This document shows, piece by piece, positions 56,273-64,000 of a stretch of DNA of 64,000 nucleotides (within the stretch, counting starts at the first letter, position 1; every line of letters begins with the position of its first letter). The DNA is taken from IMG/VR virus record IMGVR_UViG_3300032770_000003, positions 96,001 to 160,000 of that record. One strand, 5' to 3'. Source of the stretch: a virus. The notes beneath the pieces were generated by a model. The model saw nothing but the letters and a program-made list of their open reading frames with translations, had not been told where the DNA came from and did no database searches. A program made the translations under genes and the position numbers.

Positions 56273-56524
56273 ATGAGTCGGATTGCCGCCCTGAATGAGC
56301 AGCTGATTGTGGCGCTTCGCACCGTCATGCCTAACGCCGTGGCGGACTACTTTGCCGCCAACATCGACCGCTGGCTTGGCATCGAGGCAGCCGCCCGCAT
56401 GGTTGTAAACGCCGCTGAGGTCGACAAATCGCCCCAGGCGCTTGCGCTGGCGATCTTCCAGCTTCGCGAGGTCGTGAACGCACCCACGCCCCCGCCACCA
56501 GGGTCGTCGGAAACCAAGCAATGA
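56273..56524 (+). CDS. hypothetical protein
   Basis: GAGG RBS. Confidence 0.5.
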   Translation: MSRIAALNEQLIVALRTVMPNAVADYFAANIDRWLGIEAAARMVVNAAEVDKSPQALALAIFQLREVVNAPTPPPPGSSETKQ

Positions 56525-56707
56525 CCCAGTGGTTTTATGCACTGCGGTTCTGGTGGTACTGGCTGCGGGCCCCGGCAAGCGCCCGCCTGCTTCTGAGCTT
56601 CAACGGTGTAACGGTGCGCGCCGTGCGGTTGTCGAGTGACGTTATCCTCGTGCGTGATGCGTCACGGTTTCGTGGTGCAGTCGGCTTCTTCCAGGAGAAA
56701 TGACACA

Positions 56708-58210
56708 ATGGGCATCTCAGGCGAGATCAAGGTCGGCGATCGGTTCATTTGGAACGGCGTGAGGACTTACGGAAGCGGCTGGACCATAGAGCCAGGGGAC
56801 GTCGTGGTCGTCACGGATAAGACTCGGGGTGTGCCTGTGACACACAGGGGGCATCTCTGGTTGGCCCGGGTCGAACGCACAGACGCGCACTCGTGGTTCG
56901 CCTTCACCCACGAGGCGTGGGCGCGCTACGTCGAGGGGCCCATGCCCGAGGACAAGCCGCCGCTGCAGCCCGCTGCCAAGTGCCCAATCGCTCTGGGGTC
57001 ACGTTGGCGCAAGAAAGTGGGGGCTGGAAATTGGAAAGAGGGTGACGAAGCTGTAGTGGTGCACATCGAGCAAGGTCACTTCGGGTGGCTTGTTCAGATG
57101 CAAAACGACAAAGGGTTTAGCGATGGACCCTGGTGCTTCAGCCCAGACGGGAGGCATGACCAGGGGACGTGGCTTTGGCTCTGCGACCCGCCAGTCGAGA
57201 GCCCCACCCCTGCTCCCGACCCCGCTCCTGCACGCAAAGCCAAGGCTTGCCCGATCGCCGTAGGCTCACGCTGGCGTCGAACGCGCGGCGGTGGCTGGAA
57301 AGGGGTCAATGGCGGGTCTTGGGACCTTGGCGAACAAGCCGTGGTGGTCGGAGTCAGCGACAAGCCGCTGGACGGTGATTGGCTGGTCACGCTGCAGAGC
57401 ACCAAGGATGGCTACATCGATGCAGGTTGGCATTTCCATGTAGATGGAACCCACGACCTGTGGGCCCTGGTGAGCGATCCCCGCGACAAATGCCCGATCG
57501 CTCTTGGGTCACGCTGGCGCAGGAATTCGCCCGAAGGTTACTGGAAGCAGGGTGACGAAACCGTCGTGATGAGTGTGAAGCTGGCTCTGGCCAAGAACTG
57601 GCTTGTTGTGCTGCGCAGCGACGAGCACGGAGATACAGATTGGCTCTTTGAGCCAAATGGGACTCACCGCGCCTGGACCCTGGTGAGCGTCAAACAACCC
57701 CTCGTCGGGTCACGCTGGCGCATCACCAGTGACCTTTGCGGCTGGAAAGCCGGCGATGAAGCTCAAGTCATAAAAGTCTTGGAACGATCCACAGGTGGCT
57801 GGTTTGTCGTCCTGCGCAAGCTTGACGAGCACGGATGGTGCAACGATCTGGTCAAGCGGGCCACCGACTGGCACTTCAGCGCACAGCAGACTGACAACAC
57901 CTGGGTGTGGGTCTGCGACCCACCAGTCCACAAGATTGGCGGCGAGCTGAACACCCAGCCGGCTCCGACCTACGTCAAGTGCGCCCCTGGCTGCACCCCC
58001 GCTAGCCCCTGCAAGCGCTCTGTGTGCCCTGTCTGGCGTGAGCCTGGATTCCGCGTGATCGAATCCCAGGTGCTCTGGGCTCAGCGCCAAGACCACATCC
58101 ACAAGGAGGCCAAGGAGCGCCCCGTCGATCCAGCGCCCCGTCAGTACGCTCCGCCGGAGCTGCATTGCGAGCTGAACTGGGCGTGCGGTTTGGTCCGGAC
58201 CAAGCAATGA
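56708..58210 (+). CDS. Trp-rich tandem-domain repeat protein
   Basis: Four GSRWR...W..G[DE]..[VI]...W[LF]V repeats plus one degenerate copy; AGGAG RBS. Confidence 0.7.
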   Translation: MGISGEIKVGDRFIWNGVRTYGSGWTIEPGDVVVVTDKTRGVPVTHRGHLWLARVERTDAHSWFAFTHEAWARYVEGPMPEDKPPLQPAAKCPIALGSRWRKKVGAGNWKEGDEAVVVHIEQGHFGWLVQMQNDKGFSDGPWCFSPDGRHDQGTWLWLCDPPVESPTPAPDPAPARKAKACPIAVGSRWRRTRGGGWKGVNGGSWDLGEQAVVVGVSDKPLDGDWLVTLQSTKDGYIDAGWHFHVDGTHDLWALVSDPRDKCPIALGSRWRRNSPEGYWKQGDETVVMSVKLALAKNWLVVLRSDEHGDTDWLFEPNGTHRAWTLVSVKQPLVGSRWRITSDLCGWKAGDEAQVIKVLERSTGGWFVVLRKLDEHGWCNDLVKRATDWHFSAQQTDNTWVWVCDPPVHKIGGELNTQPAPTYVKCAPGCTPASPCKRSVCPVWREPGFRVIESQVLWAQRQDHIHKEAKERPVDPAPRQYAPPELHCELNWACGLVRTKQ

Positions 58211-58470
58211 CCGCTGTTGTCGAGGGTGTCGATATCACCCCAGAAGAGGCAATCTTTCTGCTGACTTGCTGTTGGTACAATCGAATGGAGGGCGAAAACT
58301 ACCTGCCTTGCCAATTCCCGAGCAGCGCAAGCGTTGAGAACGTCATCGCGCAACTTCGGGCGATTGTTCCCACGTTCGATCCTGACCGGTGCGCGGCAGA
58401 GATCGATCGCAAGGTCAACGACGCCATTCGGCGCGAGGAGCTGGCAGCAAGCCGTAAGACCAATGGCTGA
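58207..58470 (+). CDS. hypothetical protein, paralogous to the C-terminus of 55780
   Basis: T.EEA.F.LTC.W...LP.Q...R..VP.FDPD. Confidence 0.55.
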   Translation: MTAVVEGVDITPEEAIFLLTCCWYNRMEGENYLPCQFPSSASVENVIAQLRAIVPTFDPDRCAAEIDRKVNDAIRREELAASRKTNG

Positions 58471-58747
58471 TGCACCCGATCCCGATCTCGGGGCCATCAG
58501 GGCGGTCTTGCAACAAAGCGTCAGCGACCCTCAACTCGTTGATACCATTGTGCAATTGATCAAGCGCTGGACGGATATCGAAGGCGCCGCGACGATCGTC
58601 ATGTACACCGCGGCCAGCTATGACGATGGCTCCGCGTCCGCGTCGTCGAGACTGCTCCACGAAATCGCACTTGGGCTCTTAGGCAAGGCGCTGAGCATTC
58701 CCATGCCCGAAATCGTTGCACCGGCGACGCCCGCGCGACCGAGCTGA
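58463..58747 (+). CDS. hypothetical protein
   Basis: Overlap coupling with the upstream gene. Confidence 0.45.
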   Translation: MADAPDPDLGAIRAVLQQSVSDPQLVDTIVQLIKRWTDIEGAATIVMYTAASYDDGSASASSRLLHEIALGLLGKALSIPMPEIVAPATPARPS

Positions 58748-58760
58748 CTCGGAAACTTTC

Positions 58761-59498
58761 ATGCCAGGAGACTTCATGCCACTTCGACTTAACGCCACAC
58801 AAGCGCAAATACGTGTGCTAGCCAACAAGCATGTTGCGCGATACAGCAAGTACATAGACCACGCCAGAGCTGGTCACCCTGGGTACTCCTACGAAGACAG
58901 CTTGCACTATCTCGGCATTTGGGTCGGGATCTTGGCCAAGGACTGCGATCCGGCGCGCCTGGCGCCCTTCGAGCGCAGAGAGGTCGTGGAGGCGATGGAT
59001 GATGAGGTCGGCGACCTGGAGGCTGAGCTGAACAGGCCGTGGGAGCCGCACCCGACCGAACCACTGCCGCCTACAGTTGTCGGGATCATCGTTCAGCTTC
59101 CCCCGAAGCTCCCTGATGTCAGCGTTTCTACGGAGGACGTAATCGCGATCCTACAGCGGGCCATGACCGAACCCGTTCGGATGCTCATCGTCGAGCGCAA
59201 AGAAGCCCCTGGCAAATGGGCGCTCCCCGGGGGCAAGGTCGAGCCTGGTGAAACCCTTCTGCAGGCTTTGACTCGAGAAGTCAAAGAAGAGACGGGTGTC
59301 GTAGTCGAGGTCGCTGATGAGTTCTTTCGCGGCACATCGTCGCGCAGCGGTCGCCCAGTCATCGCCTTCAACGTCACCAGGTGGTCGGGCACGCCAGAAA
59401 CACGCGAGCAGGGCGTCAATGTACGCTGGGGAACGCTAGAAGACCTACTCGACAGCCCTTTCGCCGACTTCTACAAAGCGATGTGGTGGCTTCCATGA
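58761..59498 (+). CDS. NUDIX hydrolase with N-terminal extension
   Basis: [27 protein letters not shown] Nudix box. Confidence 0.88.
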   Translation: MPGDFMPLRLNATQAQIRVLANKHVARYSKYIDHARAGHPGYSYEDSLHYLGIWVGILAKDCDPARLAPFERREVVEAMDDEVGDLEAELNRPWEPHPTEPLPPTVVGIIVQLPPKLPDVSVSTEDVIAILQRAMTEPVRMLIVERKEAPGKWALPGGKVEPGETLLQALTREVKEETGVVVEVADEFFRGTSSRSGRPVIAFNVTRWSGTPETREQGVNVRWGTLEDLLDSPFADFYKAMWWLP

Positions 59499-59843
59499 AT
59501 CCAGAAAGGGTGTAAGTCATGCAACTTATTAGGGAATTCCTGCACATGGACTGGTCGACGGCGTGTGTATTTTCCGTGGCGTTCATCATGGGCGGGATCA
59601 CGATCTCGATCGGTCTCGCGACGAGGCGCCCATGACCGACACACTGCTTGTGGTGGGGCAGCGCTGGGAAGCATTGCGTGATATCGAGGCGCACCCCGAC
59701 CATCCGCTGATCCCCAACAAACCCTAGCAATGGGCACTCGGATTCATGCTTGCCATATCGGTGATTTGCAAGCGCCATGGCTGGCACCCCACTCACTTCT
59801 TTCAGTGGGTTGCTGAAAGCTTCCCCCCACAAGCGAGTGGCTG

Positions 59844-60155
59844 ATGTTCGAGCACGAACCATTCGCGCCCGATGACGACTACTACGGCGAGCACACGCTA
59901 CGGGCCAAATCGCTGCTTGATGGGCGTGAAGTGCACCTGCTCCAGTACATGTTCAACCTGCGGCTAGCTGTTACCACGGAGCCGCATGGCATGTGTTACG
60001 AGGACGGCTATTGCTTCCACGACAGCGCGGCGGCGTACCGTGCTTTCGAAAGCTGGGATGGTGATTCCATCCCGAGTGAGCCGTGGGCGAAGAATCCCTT
60101 CAGAGGGGTCTACGGACCATGCTCATGTGTGAGCTGCCAAGGGCATCAACGATGA
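59844..60155 (+). CDS. hypothetical protein
   Basis: 103-aa ORF. Confidence 0.5.
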   Translation: MFEHEPFAPDDDYYGEHTLRAKSLLDGREVHLLQYMFNLRLAVTTEPHGMCYEDGYCFHDSAAAYRAFESWDGDSIPSEPWAKNPFRGVYGPCSCVSCQGHQR

Positions 60156-60712
60156 ATCCATACTTCAGCCCTGAGGAAGCGATCATAGTTCGTTACGTAC
60201 TCCATGGCGGAGAAGAACATGTGATCGTCACGCTCACGTGCTGCGGTACCTATCGAGGTACGCATCATCTCGGCATGAACGTCACCAGCGGCTTTGGCTC
60301 ATATGGATACGAGTGGCACAGCATCGGGCAACCGGACCCGCGGAGGTTCCTCATCAGCTGCGATGCTGACTACCTCTATCGCAAGCTCACCCACGTAGTT
60401 CGGGTCTATGACGGTGAACAGACCCTGGCCAATGTCGTTGCTGCCTTCAAAGCAACTCATCCGGATCTCATCGATGACCTCGGCGATGAGTTCAATTCCC
60501 TCGACAGAATCGAGGATTTCCACCTGTGGTGGCACAATCTCGACAATCCGCGATTTCACAATGATGACATGGATGGGAACGACGATCCGCAGCAATTGGT
60601 CGCCTACAAGCGGGAGCCTCAGTGCTGGACGTTCTGTGAGCAGTACTTGCCACTGCTCAAGGATCGGCTACGCCAGGAACTGGACGCGGGCTTAGCATTC
60701 GGCTGCAAATGA
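60152..60712 (+). CDS. hypothetical protein
   Basis: ATGA coupling at both ends. Confidence 0.55.
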   Translation: MNPYFSPEEAIIVRYVLHGGEEHVIVTLTCCGTYRGTHHLGMNVTSGFGSYGYEWHSIGQPDPRRFLISCDADYLYRKLTHVVRVYDGEQTLANVVAAFKATHPDLIDDLGDEFNSLDRIEDFHLWWHNLDNPRFHNDDMDGNDDPQQLVAYKREPQCWTFCEQYLPLLKDRLRQELDAGLAFGCK

Positions 60713-61059
60713 CCATTCTGGTTTGTGGCGGCCGGCTCTTCCGGCCCACAGCACAGAGCTATTCGACACTCGCTGATCATCTGCTGCCTGGCACCAAACT
60801 GATCCACGGTGGCGCCACGGGTGCCGACGCGTTCGCCGATGAGTTCGCCAAGGGGCTTGGCTTCGTCGAGGTCGTACCCTACCGTATCACCAGAGCTGAG
60901 TGGGCACAGCTTGGACCGGCTGCAGGGCCCATACGGAATCAGCGCATGCTCACTGAAGGCAAGCCTGACTTGGTGATCGCGTTTCCTGGAGGTCGTGGTA
61001 CTGCTGACATGGTAGAACGCGCGGAAGCTGCTGGGATTCCGGTCATCAGAGCAAAGTAG
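60709..61059 (+). CDS. SLOG-family (DUF2493/YspA-like) protein
   Basis: ILVCGGR, IHGGATGAD, AGPIRNQRML, AFPGGRGT.DMV. Confidence 0.85.
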   Translation: MTILVCGGRLFRPTAQSYSTLADHLLPGTKLIHGGATGADAFADEFAKGLGFVEVVPYRITRAEWAQLGPAAGPIRNQRMLTEGKPDLVIAFPGGRGTADMVERAEAAGIPVIRAK

Positions 61060-61452
61060 GAGGTAGCGATGGGCGCATACCTGAATCCTCCGATCGACAA
61101 AGCCATCTGGCTGGAACTCCACGGAGAGCCGCTCCCGACGCCTCCCACGAAAGTGCACACGGGTGAGAAGCTTGCCGTCTGCCTGGTCAACAACGGGCCC
61201 TTCACAGCCGCTGGGATCATCTTCGATGAAGAGCATAGCAACTTGTCAAAGTACCTGAAGCGGTGACCAAAGCTAACCCCGAAGCTACGCGCCTTCGCGC
61301 AGCTCTTGAGCCAAGCGCCCTACGCCAAGCGTGGAAGGACTGGCAATGGTTGCATTGTACACACCTGGAGGATGGCCCTCAACAACACGGAACCGTGTGC
61401 ATCACGTGTGCGCTTGACTGCATCGCTGCCCGCATAAAAGAGGACTGACCGC

Positions 61453-61692
61453 ATGGATTCCGATTCACAATTCGGTATCAAGCACTGGGTCATCTACAAG
61501 AACCCCAGCGACTACCCCAACAAGTACGTCGTGCGTTGCCTGGTTGCGGTCAAGGGGGAAGTGCTCGCTGACATGGAGCCAACCACAGTGGTCGATACCC
61601 TCGAAGCTGCCCGTGCGCGGGTGCCAGATGGCACGGTCATGGTCGCGAGACACCCCAGCGACGATCCGGTCATCGTCGAGGTCTGGCTTTGA
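61453..61692 (+). CDS. hypothetical protein
   Basis: IY.NPSDYP..YVVR...DDPVIVEVW; GAGGA RBS. Confidence 0.6.
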   Translation: MDSDSQFGIKHWVIYKNPSDYPNKYVVRCLVAVKGEVLADMEPTTVVDTLEAARARVPDGTVMVARHPSDDPVIVEVWL

Positions 61693-61916
61693 TGGATGAC
61701 AAGCACAACTATTTCACGGTGGATCGGCTGCTCCACACCACAGCTCATACTCGCGCTGTGCGAATGACCATCTGGCTCGACGATGATACGAATTGCGAGG
61801 TGCTCATGACGCCTGAGCAAGCACGGGCTCTAGCAGCTCGGCTGACCGAGACCGCGAACGATCCAGTGACCCCAGAGGAAATCGCTGCTTTGGCAACAAC
61901 AGCGGGTAACAACTGA
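61689..61916 (+). CDS. hypothetical protein
   Basis: MTPEQARALA motif; coupled to the upstream gene. Confidence 0.5.
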   Translation: MMDDKHNYFTVDRLLHTTAHTRAVRMTIWLDDDTNCEVLMTPEQARALAARLTETANDPVTPEEIAALATTAGNN

Positions 61917-61931
61917 CGAAAGGACCAAACC

Positions 61932-62342
61932 ATGAAGACGTTCATCGCTCTGTGCATCGCAAGCTTTGTCATCGCTGCCGCTCCAACGCGAACCTCTGCG
62001 GCCGACAAAGGCGTCTGGGGCTATGTCAGCCTTAACGTTACCTGCAACCCAAAAGGGCGATTCGGGGAGCAGACACGCGCGAAGCTTGTGTCCATGGTCT
62101 TTGGGTTTTGCGGCATGGAGCTGCGGGATGCCATCCTGCAAGATGCAGAGCCGTACTACTCACAAGCAGCCGATGACGTATGTGGCCCAAACAACTGGGA
62201 CATCACATACAAGTACGTCGCGGTATCGTTCATCAGCGAAGAGGATGCCCAAAACCGACATGACAAAGACTTGATCTCGGGGAACTACAGTATCCACAAA
62301 GAGTTTCCGTACCTGTGGACGGCGTACTGCAAAGGCAAGTAG
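61932..62342 (+). CDS. secreted protein with signal peptide
   Basis: MKTFIALCIASFVIAAA...; AAGGA RBS; four Cys in the mature part. Confidence 0.6.
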   Translation: MKTFIALCIASFVIAAAPTRTSAADKGVWGYVSLNVTCNPKGRFGEQTRAKLVSMVFGFCGMELRDAILQDAEPYYSQAADDVCGPNNWDITYKYVAVSFISEEDAQNRHDKDLISGNYSIHKEFPYLWTAYCKGK

Positions 62343-62714
62343 GCGGTGAGCTTCACTCTGCGTGACTACTTGGTCTGCACCGTCTATAGCTACGTTTCGC
62401 TTTCACTCATCGGAGTGTGGAATCCCAAACACCACACTCGACAACGAATTCGTATCGTCGCCGCTTTCTTGTGGCCCATTGGCATTGTGTTTGCCATCCA
62501 CCAGATTGGCCGCAAGCTGGTCAAGCTGCTGTCAAAATGAAGTGCCAAACCTGCCAGCACACGTACCTGTGCCATGTAAACAACTACGGAGTTGGGCGCT
62601 GTCAGAAAGGTGGCTGTCCTTGCGTCAAATATGTGGCGCCCGAATTGGTCCTTCTGCCATCGATTCCAAATGATGACTTGACAAAGTAACCTCACGAATG
62701 CTTAGCTTAGAGAC

Positions 62715-63092
62715 ATGTTGCGCAAGACGATAGACAGTGCAGTTTCGTTCTATCGACGCCACAAGGTGGTCCGGGAACTCGTTAACCACCAGTTTCCGAA
62801 GACCTCGGTCTTCCTTGAAGTGCGCGGAATCCGCCTGCGAATCGGGCTCAGGACATTCGTTCCCCTGCCCTGGCACGTGACGGACCTAGCGGATGTGCTG
62901 GTCGAGCGCAACCCCCGTACCGGATCGTGGGTCTGCACCAAGCACCCGGATCAGGTGGTCCCCTTCGTCGTCGAGCCGGGGCTACACGCCCGGAGTTGCT
63001 TCTGTTCCCAGATCGATCGGACCCTGCGCCCGTGCATTGTGTGCCAGGATAACGCAAAGCTGATCGGGCGCGACTTCAGCGCCATTCAGTAA
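62715..63092 (+). CDS. hypothetical protein
   Basis: Preceded by TTGACA near 62678. Confidence 0.5.
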   Translation: MLRKTIDSAVSFYRRHKVVRELVNHQFPKTSVFLEVRGIRLRIGLRTFVPLPWHVTDLADVLVERNPRTGSWVCTKHPDQVVPFVVEPGLHARSCFCSQIDRTLRPCIVCQDNAKLIGRDFSAIQ

Positions 63093-63298
63093 GTGGTGCC
63101 GGTACAGTACATCACACTGCCGCTGACCACGTCGATCGTAGAGCTGCGGACGTGGTTCGAGCAAGGCTGGCGACTGGTGTGCTGGGTCGACCACTACACG
63201 CTCGCACACCATGGGGAAATCTCGGGTCCGATGACAGGCTAGTCCTCTCACGTCAAGATATTTGACGAAAATCTCCCGAGAGGGACTAGCATGGAGGC

Positions 63299-64000
63299 AT
63301 GACGATCAAGACGCGTCGTGTCTCAGCGGCAGCGGCCGCAGTCGCTCTGCTGTTTGTCGTGAGCGTCGCACTCCGACACAAGCCTGCGAAGCACCACCTT
63401 CCGACGCCGCAAGCGAGACGACTCCAGCTCGCGGCAGCTTCTTCGACGATTTGCACGATCGCGCAAGAAGGGAACCAGGCTTCGATCAAGTGCCCCGCTG
63501 GCGAAGTGTTCAGCAGCGTCTTCTTCGCGAGCTTCGGGAACGCTACGGGCACCTGCTCGACGTACAAGCTCGGCACGTGCAACGCGACCACGTCAGTCGC
63601 TGTGGTCTCGCTGGCGTGTCTCGGAAAAGCTTCCTGCAAGGTCAACGCTTCGAGCGCCACGTTCGGCGGCGATCCTTGCGCGGGGACTGTCAAGCATCTC
63701 AGTCTGAGACTTGTCTGCTCACCGCCACCCCCACCACCTTGCCCCGCTGACGGCGGCGCGGGAAGTGGTGGCTCAGGTGGTAGTGGTGGCAGCGGGGGAG
63801 CTGGTGGCGTAGGCGGCTCTGGTGGCACCGCTGGCTCTGGCGGCGTAGGTGGCTCTGGAGGCTCAGGCGGTAGTGGTGGAGTCGGAGGTACTGGAGGCTC
63901 AGGCGGATCCGGAGGCTCTGGTGGATCGGGTGGATCGGGTGGATCGGGTGGATCGGGTGGATCGGGTGGAAGTGGTGGTTCAGGCGGCACGGGAGGAACA
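63299..64000 (+). CDS. exported SUEL/galactose-rhamnose-binding lectin-domain protein with Gly/Ser linker, partial
   Basis: Read manually (not in the ORF track): GGAGG RBS, hydrophobic N-terminus, CPAGEVFSSVFFASFG...GTC...C...CLGKASC...FGGDPCAGTVKHL...C, then (GGS)n. Confidence 0.8.
   Translation, partial: MTIKTRRVSAAAAAVALLFVVSVALRHKPAKHHLPTPQARRLQLAAASSTICTIAQEGNQASIKCPAGEVFSSVFFASFGNATGTCSTYKLGTCNATTSVAVVSLACLGKASCKVNASSATFGGDPCAGTVKHLSLRLVCSPPPPPPCPADGGAGSGGSGGSGGSGGAGGVGGSGGTAGSGGVGGSGGSGGSGGVGGTGGSGGSGGSGGSGGSGGSGGSGGSGGSGGSGGTGGT

Noticed and set aside
63286-63990. 234-aa Pro-rich minus-strand ORF
   Set aside because: Antisense shadow of the Gly/Ser linker of the plus-strand lectin gene

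Overview
A 64-kb piece of a large, GC-rich tailed dsDNA phage genome. The head-gene arrangement is Herelleviridae/SPO1-like, and a Myxococcota host is suggested by a nucleoid-type protein and a Gly/Ser-linker lectin. From 1 to 35 kb (minus strand) lies a morphogenesis operon: neck/head-closure genes, major capsid protein, scaffold, prohead protease and portal. Between protease and portal sits a ~17-kb block of probable capsid-packaged effectors: two RelA/SpoT synthetases plus an HD hydrolase, a zincin, a topoisomerase-IB-like protein that looks inactive, and a PPase-like/GNAT fusion. From 35 to 54 kb (minus strand) are replication and accessory genes (primase, family-4 UDG, CobS/CobT-like pair, AAA ATPase, phosphatase), many preceded by a conserved 20-bp motif. 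A non-canonical tRNA-like gene and a hairpin-rich non-coding region at ~54.7-55.8 kb mark the strand switch, followed by small plus-strand genes. Top finding: two related inteins (in the prohead protease and in UDG) have no recognisable sense-strand endonuclease. Instead each contains a complete HTH + PD-(D/E)xK (Vsr/DUF559-like) endonuclease gene on the opposite strand, in exact codon register, whose ATG is the reverse complement of the His codon of the intein's GHVYNL motif. A third intein, in the portal, is a conventional LAGLIDADG type. All family assignments come from motif recognition by eye; no database searches were run.
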